From: a virus
Length of the DNA: 46,348 nt
Strand: one strand, 5' to 3'
IMG/VR virus record: IMGVR_UViG_3300010362_000004
Location: 1-46,348 of that record
Shown here piece by piece: positions 1 through 7,189 of the stretch. The position numbers and the translations under genes were made by a program. A model generated the notes under the pieces. That model was not told the DNA's origin. It saw only the letters and a list, made by a program, of their open reading frames with translations, and did not search any database. Positions within the stretch are counted from its first letter, which is position 1. Every line of letters begins with the position of its first letter.

Positions 1-123
1 CCGTGCAGGCGGGTGCGGTCCCAAACTTCGCGATGGCGCTTATTTCGTATCACATTCACGCGATTTGCTTCCCATGATGCTCGCAGAAGCGGAAGGCAAT
101 GGGCCGGTCGTCACGGACGCCCC
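1..123. repeat. Terminal direct repeat, copy 1 (equals 46226-46348)
   Basis: Read base by base. Bases 1-77 duplicate the 3' end of the tail-fibre gene 45466..46302, including its TGA at 75-77. Confidence 0.9.
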
Positions 124-133
124 GTCGTGAGTC

Positions 134-520
134 GTGGCACAGATCACCACAACGACACCCACGCTCGTCGGTGGCTTCGTCATTCCGTGGGACCAGATTC
201 GCCACCTGCTCCCCGACGAACGGTGGGCCGTCTGGGGGGCCGGCTGGGTGCTCTCCACTGCAGTCGGGGTGACGCTCCAGGTGACCTACCAGAAGGATGA
301 CACGTCGCAGGTGGTGCTCGGGCAAGCGACCGTGCCGGCGGGGGCGACCTATCGGAAGATTGAGATTGGCCCGTATGCGGCGCGTGGTGACCTGGCCCCG
401 AATGTGCCCGGCGAGAATCTGCCGTGTATCAATCTCTCTGCGGCACTCGCGGCAGCGGGGACCGCGGCCACATTGAAGCGCTGGTCCTTGTGGCTCCGGA
501 TGACACCGCGAAACGTATGA
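134..520 (+). CDS. Hypothetical protein (128 aa)
   Basis: GTG start and protein-like composition. Its stop overlaps the next start (ATGA at 517-520). No family recognised. Confidence 0.6.
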   Translation: MAQITTTTPTLVGGFVIPWDQIRHLLPDERWAVWGAGWVLSTAVGVTLQVTYQKDDTSQVVLGQATVPAGATYRKIEIGPYAARGDLAPNVPGENLPCINLSAALAAAGTAATLKRWSLWLRMTPRNV

Positions 521-624
521 CGCTCCCCGATCTCCTCGCAGCCCTGATTGCACTCGTGCTGATTCTCTTCGGGGGCGTCTGGCTGCATCGACAGTGGCGG
601 CAGCGGAAAGGACGGGGGGAATGA
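517..624 (+). CDS. Small single-TM membrane protein, holin/antiholin-like candidate (35 aa)
   Basis: MTLPDLLAALIALVLILFGGVWLHRQWRQRKGRGE has one hydrophobic helix and a basic tail. ATGA overlaps link it to both the upstream ORF and the endolysin. Confidence 0.5.
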   Translation: MTLPDLLAALIALVLILFGGVWLHRQWRQRKGRGE

Positions 625-1220
625 TCCATCGAAAGTGGTTCTTCGATTCAGTGCGGCAATCGCTCTTTGGCGGCTCGCTTGCGCAGTCCCAGGTCGACGG
701 CATGAATGCGCTGCTCGATCGCGCGGACGAGACCCACATGGACTACCGGCAATTCGCCTACGTGCTTGCGACGACCTACCACGAGACCGCGCAGACAATG
801 CAGCCGATTGCCGAATATGGGAAGGGGAAGGGGCAGCCCTATGGCCAGCCCGCGGGCCCGTATGACCAGTGCTACTACGGCCGCGGCTTCGTGCAGCTGA
901 CCTGGTACGACAACTATCAGACCATGCAGGATAGCTGCGGCAGCGGTCCCGCCTGGCTCGGCAAGAACATCGTCGAGTGTGCCGACGATGCGCTCGATCT
1001 GAACGTTGCCACCGACATCATCTTCTACGGCATGGCGAAGGGCTCGTTTACCGGGAAGAAGCTGTCTGATTACATCAATGCCCAGGGCACGGATTGGTAC
1101 TCCGCGCGGAAGATCGTCAATGCGCTTGACTGCGCGAGCACGATTCAGGGCTATGCCGAGAAGTTTCACGACGCCCTGACCTACACGCCGGCCGCGGAGA
1201 CCGGCACGCAAGCCGCCTGA
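621..1220 (+). CDS. Endolysin, glycoside hydrolase family 19 (chitinase-like) type
   Basis: YYGRGFVQLTWYDNY and the TYHETAQTM context match the GH19 lysozyme-like signature. SD GGGGGGA lies directly before ATG 621. The track start at 594 is an alternative. Confidence 0.8.
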   Translation: MIHRKWFFDSVRQSLFGGSLAQSQVDGMNALLDRADETHMDYRQFAYVLATTYHETAQTMQPIAEYGKGKGQPYGQPAGPYDQCYYGRGFVQLTWYDNYQTMQDSCGSGPAWLGKNIVECADDALDLNVATDIIFYGMAKGSFTGKKLSDYINAQGTDWYSARKIVNALDCASTIQGYAEKFHDALTYTPAAETGTQAA

Positions 1221-1234
1221 CAAGGAGGTGGGAG

Positions 1235-1444
1235 ATGCCGCTATTGCAGTTGATCGTGGTCCTAATCGTGATCGGGCTCATCTTGTACCTCGTCGAAACC
1301 CTCCTCCCCCTCGATCCGGTCATCAAACAGGTCATCCGCGTCGTCATCGTCATCGCCGTTATTCTGTGGCTTCTCTCGCTGGTCGGGCTGATTCCCGCGA
1401 AGATCACGTTCCTCGGCCCACCACGTCCGCATCTCCTCGCGTAA
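1235..1444 (+). CDS. Two-TM small membrane protein, holin-like candidate (69 aa)
   Basis: Strong SD AAGGAGGTGGGAG. Two hydrophobic helices are separated by a short polar loop. It lies immediately after the endolysin. Confidence 0.65.
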   Translation: MPLLQLIVVLIVIGLILYLVETLLPLDPVIKQVIRVVIVIAVILWLLSLVGLIPAKITFLGPPRPHLLA

Positions 1445-1460
1445 AAAGGATCACCCGCGC

Positions 1461-1616
1461 ATGACGGACGTCTGGAAGGCGCTCGAAACCACGATTCACG
1501 AGACGATCCCGGCGTTATCGCCCGAGCAGGTGAATCGGCTGTTAAAAGCGATCGAAGAGACGCTCGGGGCGCTCGGGCTGCTCGATGAGGCGCCCATCGA
1601 GATAGACGACGATTGA
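1461..1616 (+). CDS. Small acidic hypothetical protein (51 aa)
   Basis: ATG overlaps an upstream alternative-frame stop. Hand translation gives MTDVWKALETTIHETIPALSPEQVNRLLKAIEETLGALGLLDEAPIEIDDD. It is below the ORF-track size cut-off. Confidence 0.35.
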   Translation: MTDVWKALETTIHETIPALSPEQVNRLLKAIEETLGALGLLDEAPIEIDDD

Positions 1617-1677
1617 CGGATCGGCTATAGCCTGATGGCTAGGCGGCCGGATTTGCTGCCTGCCACCTGCCCCGCGT

Positions 1678-1714
1678 CCGTGCGGCGGCCATGAGTGCCC
1701 GAGCCGCCGCACGG
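1678..1714. terminator. 12-bp GC hairpin between convergent genes
   Basis: CCGTGCGGCGGC, a 13-nt loop, then GCCGCCGCACGG. There is no clear U-tract on either strand. Confidence 0.35.
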
Positions 1715-1747
1715 AACATCCGGTTAGTGCCCGTTGGTGCCCGTTGG

Positions 1748-2017
1748 TCAGTCGTTCATCCAGCGCATCCGCGGCTGCATCGGCTGCTGGCTGGGATTGC
1801 GGAATTCCTGCCAGATTTGCCCGTTCGGTCCGAAGGTCGTCGACCCGCCGGGGCGATCGAAGCGCTGATAGATATCGCCATTCGACCCGAAGGTCGTCGA
1901 CCCGCCTGGGCGATCGAACTGCTGATAGATTTGCCCGTCCGGCCCGAAGATGGTGCCATTGGCGAGCGCCAGCGCGGGCATCATCACGAGCAGTGAGAGA
2001 AAAAGAAACGTTTTCAT
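1748..2017 (-). CDS. Secreted tandem-repeat mini-protein (89 aa)
   Basis: SD AAGGAG lies 7 nt upstream. The signal peptide is MKTFLFLSLLVMMPALALA. It has three ~19-aa repeats, FG-x-x-G-x-I-Y/W-Q-x-F-(D)RPGGSTT. Confidence 0.8.
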   Translation of the reverse strand: MKTFLFLSLLVMMPALALANGTIFGPDGQIYQQFDRPGGSTTFGSNGDIYQRFDRPGGSTTFGPNGQIWQEFRNPSQQPMQPRMRWMND

Positions 2018-2157
2018 GTGAAGCTCCTTTGTGAGTGAAGGTGGCTGGAAACGTACTCTCGGCTCCCCGGGGGGTGCAAGGGGGACTATGCAAAGCCTGA
2101 CGACTGGCTCTATAAGGTGACGGTCCGATTCTGGGCTGATGGGTCAGGGGGGGGTCT

Positions 2158-2406
2158 ATGGGTCAGGGGGGTCTTTCGATGTGGCCACTCGTGGTGCAAT
2201 GGACGGTCGCTGTGATTGGCCTGGGGGTACAGGTGTATTGCATCCATCGCGCGTGGCGGAACTGGCAGCGGAGCGAACGTGAGTGCGAGGAGGCGCAGGC
2301 CCATCTTGCGCAGGCTAGCGCGCTCCACGCCGAGCTAGAGGCGATGCTCTGCGAGGTGCGCAGCTGGGATGAGGAGCCGCCAGCCCCGCGGCCGACGATC
2401 CAGTGA
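2158..2406 (+). CDS. Membrane-anchored hypothetical protein (82 aa; alternative start 2179)
   Basis: An N-terminal hydrophobic helix WPLVVQWTVAVIGLGVQVY is followed by a charged helical tail. G-rich SD-like runs lie upstream. Confidence 0.6.
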   Translation: MGQGGLSMWPLVVQWTVAVIGLGVQVYCIHRAWRNWQRSERECEEAQAHLAQASALHAELEAMLCEVRSWDEEPPAPRPTIQ

Positions 2407-2432
2407 GGATTGCGGCAGCATAGGAGGGGGCG

Positions 2433-2780
2433 ATGAGGGTGATGGACACGTTACTGCTGACGCCGAAGGAAGCGGCAGCGCTGCTCGGGCTCACCCCCGA
2501 CGTCCTCGCGGCCCTGCGGCGTGCGGGCATCGGGCCGCGCTACGGCAGGCTTACACCCCGCAGCCGTCCCGTGTATGTGGTGGCCGATCTGGCCATGTGG
2601 GCGGTCGCGATGGGAGCACGCGGCGCCGGGGCCATCACGGCTCTCTGGGGCGTCGTGCGTGACGGCGAGTCTGATCCCGACGTGCTCACGAGCGTCGCTA
2701 TTGCCGGTTCGGACGGTGCGGTGGCACGGTTCGAGGCGACGATGATCGACGCAGCGGGCATGTCCGAGACGCAGCATTGA
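2433..2780 (+). CDS. Helix-turn-helix DNA-binding protein (excisionase/MerR-like HTH)
   Basis: SD AGGAGGGGG. The N-terminal LLTPKEAAALLGLTPDVLAALRRAG is HTH-like. Confidence 0.65.
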   Translation: MRVMDTLLLTPKEAAALLGLTPDVLAALRRAGIGPRYGRLTPRSRPVYVVADLAMWAVAMGARGAGAITALWGVVRDGESDPDVLTSVAIAGSDGAVARFEATMIDAAGMSETQH

Positions 2781-2869
2781 CCCCAGGGCCGGGGCCAGTC
2801 TTGACCCCCCCAGCCCGAGCCGGTACTTTTCCCGTTGCTCCTCTCAGTAGTGAAGGGAGCGTCCCGGTG

Positions 2870-2912
2870 CCAGTGGGAGTAGCTGGGACCTACTCCCCCC
2901 AGCCCCCACTGG
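2870..2912. terminator. Nested hairpin between convergent genes
   Basis: CCAGTGGG-AGTAG, loop, CTACT, bulge, CCCACTGG. Confidence 0.35.
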
Positions 2913-2964
2913 CTGCCGGGATGTCCAGCTGATAGCATCCGCGGCCTTGGCCTGGTGCCTCCCG

Positions 2965-2996
2965 GTGACGGGGGTCAGTCTCGGGGCTCCCGTCAC
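2965..2996. terminator. 8-bp hairpin between convergent genes
   Basis: GTGACGGG, a 16-nt loop, then CCCGTCAC. Confidence 0.3.
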
Positions 2997-3007
2997 AACC
3001 CTCCCGC

Positions 3008-3289
3008 CTAGCGGTGGCTCGGGTGGAGCGCGCGCTCGATTGCCTCGATGCCGGCCCGTAGACAGCGCCGGTACATATCGGGGATGTCCCGTTCCTCGCG
3101 GACGGCCAGCCGCTCGACTGCTTCGACCATCTGTTCCGTGATCCAGAGGCTCAAGCGGACATTGTAGCGCCGGCTGCCCGGTCCCCGACCCCCCCGTCCG
3201 CCCCCACTGCCAGCCCCACCCGTCCCATAGCCCCGAGCGCTCCGGGGCGCCCCACGTCGGTGATCCATACGTGCTCGCTTCGATGGCAC
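3008..3289 (-). CDS. Ribbon-helix-helix (CopG/Arc-like) DNA-binding protein
   Basis: The C-terminal YNVRLSLWITEQMVEAVERLAVREERDIPDMYRRCLRAGIE fits a strand-helix-helix pattern. The N-tail is Gly/Arg-rich. The start is GTG 3289 or ATG 3268. Confidence 0.6.
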   Translation of the reverse strand: MPSKRARMDHRRGAPRSARGYGTGGAGSGGGRGGRGPGSRRYNVRLSLWITEQMVEAVERLAVREERDIPDMYRRCLRAGIEAIERALHPSHR

Positions 3290-3730
3290 AGTGTACTGGC
3301 TCTGTATAGCCCCAAAACAACCAATTTAGTAGTCAAATCGCGGCCTTTTGGCCCTCCTAGGCCACTTCTACCGCCTCCTGTCACTCATTTTGAGGCATTG
3401 TGCCCCATTCCGAGCCCAATTTCGGCCGAAAAGCGCCCCAAACACCCGTTTTCCCAGTCATTTAGCCCAGAATCGGCTTTTGAGGGCTCAAAGGGCCCAT
3501 TTCCCTCAAAACATGCGTTTTTGACTCCCCGACACCTCAAAATAGCCACCGCAGACTCACTGCCCCCCTTCCCCCGCTCAACCTATATGCTCTCATAAGC
3601 CCAGGTCGTACGGCTGTAATACGCCCTAGAGCCCAAACCTCCTAACACCCGCAAAAACACTCCACTTTCTCCATCACTCTATTACCCCCCCATTCAACAA
3701 TGATTCGCCCACTTTATCCAAGATAAATCA

Positions 3731-3758
3731 TTGACAACAAGAAAAAGGATGATAGTAC
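3731..3758 (+). promoter_or_regulatory. Sigma70-like promoter candidate
   Basis: TTGACA, 16 nt, then TAGTAC preceded by a TGa extended -10. Coordinates are +/-1. Confidence 0.4.
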
Positions 3759-4616
3759 CGCGCTCCGCGCCGCAGCCCAAGGCGGCTCTACCCTTCTCCC
3801 GATAGCCGAGACTGTTACTCCCCTCTCCGGTCCCCTGTCCTCCCTTCCTGAAAGGCTTTAGCCTCTAAGAGTACTGTGGTCATCGACCACCGCGCGGCCC
3901 TCCTCCTGCGCGGCCCGCCCATCGTGGTCGATGACCAGCCCCGCCGGCGAGGCGTTTCAGGGGTCCGGTCTTCCTAGACTTGAAAAGGGCCTCGCCGGAC
4001 CTAGAGGCGCCTGTCTCCCGAGGGGGATTCCCTTTTCCCCAAGGGGGAAACCACTGCCCCATCGCCTAGATAGAACTCTACTGCCCCCCAGAGAGCCCTT
4101 CACTGTCTGGGGAAATACGGGCTGGGGCGAGGGCGGGCCCATGGGTCGATCGGGGTACCAGGCCCCCCCTATGTCGCATGCTGCGGCGTCTGCGCTACGA
4201 CCCTCGCATCTGCTAGCGGATTCCCTAGCGGATATGCGCTCTTAGCGCCCCCGGGTGGGCAAAAGCGTCCTTTCCGCCCCTGCAGATGCCTTGTCGACGA
4301 GGCTTGGCACGCGAACTAATCGAGCGACTGTTCGATTAATCGTCTGGGCGAGCGCGGGTATCTCTACCCATTCCCGGGCGGGATTAGGCTGTCAGGATGC
4401 TGTTGCTTGGCTGTTCGATCGAGCATGAGGCGCGGGTTGGGCGAGTGGGGTAGATGCGAGGCGAGCGGCCTGGCAGCTGGGCTAGAATCGGGCGGCCTGA
4501 TTTCCCTGCGTTTGGTCAGCTGACCCTGGGTTAGTGCGAACGTCCGTTGTCAACCCGTTTTCTGGCGTAGGTTGACAAGGCTGGGCTGGGCGGAATCGGA
4601 CTGCGACACAACCGGC

Positions 4617-4656
4617 TTGACGGCTTCGTCTAGCTTGTAGTACGGTTGTAGTACGG
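4617..4656 (+). promoter_or_regulatory. Promoter candidate plus two phased TTGTAGTACGG repeats
   Basis: TTGACG (4617-4622), 15 nt, then TAGTAC (4638-4643). TTGTAGTACGG occurs at 4635-4645 and 4646-4656. Confidence 0.4.
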
Positions 4657-4955
4657 CGAGCAAAGGGACACTGGTCCCGTGCGGCATGGACGCTGGCGAC
4701 TCGCAATAGAAACTTAGAGCCCGGGCCACCGACTCGCATCGTGGCGCATACCCTCAGAGGCAGGGATGAGTAGAGCGCGATGCTGGCAGTTGAGTGGAAG
4801 GGACCGGAGCACAAAGTGGAGACCGGAGGAAGAACTGACGGTCTGTAGGGAAGTGACATGCTCAGACGGCTGCAGGGATGCGGCCGTCTATTGGATGGCA
4901 CTAAGTTTCATCCTCGCAGCGTAATTGGATGCTGCGGAATTGAAGGGAGTAGAGC

Positions 4956-5225
4956 ATGAATCGACCAATGTGTCGCATTTCGGCGTTTGCCGATACTGGC
5001 GTCTGCCGGTGGGAATCATGCGAGCAGACCGCAGCTGCGGCGCCAGAGACGGCCGAGAATGGCCTGTGGTTTTGCTATCAGCTGCAAGTGTGGATTCGGG
5101 ATAGGATCATTTTGCCATGCGCGCATGCCGAACGCGGGCTAGCGCGGATGGGAATTGCCCAAGCCGGCTGCTACGCATGCGCGCATGCGGGGGAAACGCA
5201 TGCGGCGTGCGCACAGTGTCACTGA
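4956..5225 (+). CDS. Cys/His-rich hypothetical protein (89 aa)
   Basis: AAGGGAGTAGAGC lies directly before the ATG. No family recognised. Confidence 0.7.
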   Translation: MNRPMCRISAFADTGVCRWESCEQTAAAAPETAENGLWFCYQLQVWIRDRIILPCAHAERGLARMGIAQAGCYACAHAGETHAACAQCH

Positions 5226-5239
5226 GAAAGAGGCTCGCA

Positions 5240-5407
5240 ATGAAGCAACACGGTTTGCACCCGCCGGCATGCATCTTGTGTGGGCAGTATCTCTTGCCAT
5301 GCACAGTTGAGCCGAACGGCATCCATCCAGATTACAGAGAGCAAAACGCTGATGACGACGATGGTAGTGTGGGATGGTCTCCAGATATGTACGTTCCGAA
5401 TAGCTAG
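5240..5407 (+). CDS. Small hypothetical protein (55 aa)
   Basis: Internal ATG of track ORF 5117..5407 with SD GAAAGAGG. It has a CxxC motif and an acidic tail. Confidence 0.5.
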   Translation: MKQHGLHPPACILCGQYLLPCTVEPNGIHPDYREQNADDDDGSVGWSPDMYVPNS

Positions 5408-5512
5408 AGTCTAGCTCGTGCGCCCGGCTGCGGTCGGGCGCATCATGGTAGCCTCTGAGTGATGGTCTACCGCGGCTGCAATGTCGCAGTCGCTACAAGG
5501 GAGTAGAGAAGC
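5402..5512 (+). repeat. Intergenic multi-hairpin module, copy A
   Basis: Palindrome AGCTAGAGTCTAGCT contains the upstream stop. Hairpins lie at 5419-5442, 5447-5471 and 5472-5493, followed by AAGGGAGTAGAG and the ATG. Confidence 0.7.
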
Positions 5513-6538
5513 ATGGCACATTTAGTTGAGACGCGGGCATATACGTTTAGCAACACGTTATGGCCCGGTCTGGGAACGTACCTCGGAGAGAACGGACTGG
5601 CACTAGAGGATATGATGGAGAAAGCGCACGTCAACTGGACGGTCGGTCTGCAGCGTGTGTACATCCGTGACATGCGGAATACAGACGAGCGCAGTGCAAT
5701 CGAGGTACCGAGCGCACGAGCGATCGTGCGACTGTCAGACAGCAAGCCGCTCGGCATTGCCACCGACAATTACAAGGAAACGCAGAATATCGAGAAGTTT
5801 GCGACGTTTGAGAAAGCAATCGATGGTCGCGCAGTGTGGCGGTCAATGGGCAGTCTGAAGGAGGGGTCGATGGTGTATGGGCTGGCCGAGATTCCGGGCG
5901 ACTGGAAGATTGCTGATGAAGAGCACAAGCGCTACTTGCTGGCGTTGGGCTATCACGACGGGAAGACGGCCGACCATTTCCTCTGCACAAACGTGCGAGT
6001 GGAATGCAACAATACCGCGTCGTTTGCGGTATCGAGCGCAAAGCACGCAAAGGGCGAATTGGCCAAGGGAATCCGAGTCGTGCATCGCGGCGACGTGCAA
6101 GGGAAGCTAGCGGAAGTGAGCGATACCTTTGAGCGCGCGTTAGGCGACTTCAACGGGTACAAGGAGCGCATGGAAGCGCTGACAGCCGTCAAGATGAGCC
6201 GGGATGAGCAGAGAGAAATCCTAGAGCAGATTCTCGACGGGGATTCGTCGCGCTCTGAGAAAGCGCGAGAGACGATCATGCACCTTGCATATCATGGCAA
6301 GGGGAATGCGCCGGTAGCTGGTACGGCGTATGGGTTACTGCAGGGAACGACCGAGTATGTGGACAATTACCGCATGCTCGACACGACACCAGAGCGGCGG
6401 TTTTTCTATCAGACGGACGGGGCGGGCTCGCGGTTGAAGCAGAGGATGGAAGCAACGTTGACGCGGGAATTAACCGCCGTCAATGACACGAGCGGCGTGG
6501 ACGGAGCCGCGGTGCTGGCCGATTTACTGGCCAGCTAG
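5513..6538 (+). CDS. DUF932-like phage/plasmid protein (341 aa)
   Basis: Size and the LCTNVRVECNNTASFA segment resemble the DUF932 (TIGR03299-type) family. This is recalled from memory and not searched. Confidence 0.6.
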   Translation: MAHLVETRAYTFSNTLWPGLGTYLGENGLALEDMMEKAHVNWTVGLQRVYIRDMRNTDERSAIEVPSARAIVRLSDSKPLGIATDNYKETQNIEKFATFEKAIDGRAVWRSMGSLKEGSMVYGLAEIPGDWKIADEEHKRYLLALGYHDGKTADHFLCTNVRVECNNTASFAVSSAKHAKGELAKGIRVVHRGDVQGKLAEVSDTFERALGDFNGYKERMEALTAVKMSRDEQREILEQILDGDSSRSEKARETIMHLAYHGKGNAPVAGTAYGLLQGTTEYVDNYRMLDTTPERRFFYQTDGAGSRLKQRMEATLTRELTAVNDTSGVDGAAVLADLLAS

Positions 6539-6622
6539 AGGCTAGCTTGTATCCCCGGAGCGTAGGCTCCGGGGATACGCTGGTAGCCTTTCGCTACCGA
6601 ATAAACCAAAAGGGAGTAGAGC
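6533..6622 (+). repeat. Intergenic two-hairpin module, copy B
   Basis: AGCTAGAGGCTAGCT, a 13-bp stem hairpin at 6549-6578, a GGTAGC..GCTACC hairpin at 6582-6598, then AAGGGAGTAGAGC and the ATG. Confidence 0.8.
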
Positions 6623-7189
6623 ATGAAACAGAAACGGAAGGCTGGATTTCCCGTGCCGTCCAAGGGCGTCGCATGTCTGCGTGCAGACATACACTGGAAT
6701 CCTGGTTACGGTGGCGAGCCACGTACCGGGCGATTGACACTGCGCTTCGGGACGGTCGATGGATGGGATGGCGAGTGTGGTTCCGGAGCGTATAACGACC
6801 CGCGAGATTATTTCGCCATTACCGCGTATGTCTGCCCAAAACGCGGTATCTACGGATGGGACTGTGGGTATTTGGAAACGTATTTCATCGATGGCCAGGA
6901 TTGCGAAAAGATGGCGCGCGTTTTCAAAGCAGTGGAGCATAGACTGGAAAAACTGTATGCGCAGTGTGGTCAGCGGCCATCCAGTCTCGGCGCATATGTA
7001 ATGCAGGTTGCTGGTGCCATCCAGTGTCAGCAGGTTGTCATCCGAACGGATGACGAGACATATGCACGAACGGGGGAACGGTGGCGATGCCATGCGGCGG
7101 ACATCCCATATGCGGTCGATAGCTGGGCACTAACCATCTTGGCCAACGAGCGCAAGGTGACAGGCATTAGCGGCGAGAACGCTGCATAA
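6623..7189 (+). CDS. Hypothetical protein (188 aa)
   Basis: Conserved RBS motif and protein-like composition. No family recognised. Confidence 0.8.
   Translation: MKQKRKAGFPVPSKGVACLRADIHWNPGYGGEPRTGRLTLRFGTVDGWDGECGSGAYNDPRDYFAITAYVCPKRGIYGWDCGYLETYFIDGQDCEKMARVFKAVEHRLEKLYAQCGQRPSSLGAYVMQVAGAIQCQQVVIRTDDETYARTGERWRCHAADIPYAVDSWALTILANERKVTGISGENAA

Larger units (their letters stand above)
3290..4955. other. ~1.65-kb region without a convincing ORF (regulatory, ncRNA or ori candidate)
   Basis: Only Pro/Ser/Arg-rich track ORFs without an RBS occur here. The region has lower GC, a C-rich block at about 3300-3760, promoter-like hexamers and many palindromes. Confidence 0.6.

Noticed and set aside
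3260-4901. Track ORFs 3260..3598, 3931..4245, 3880..4062 and 4482..4901 as genes
   Set aside because: They have Pro/Ser/Arg/Gly-rich, non-protein-like sequences. They have no SD and no coupling to neighbours. They overlap promoter-like and palindromic elements.
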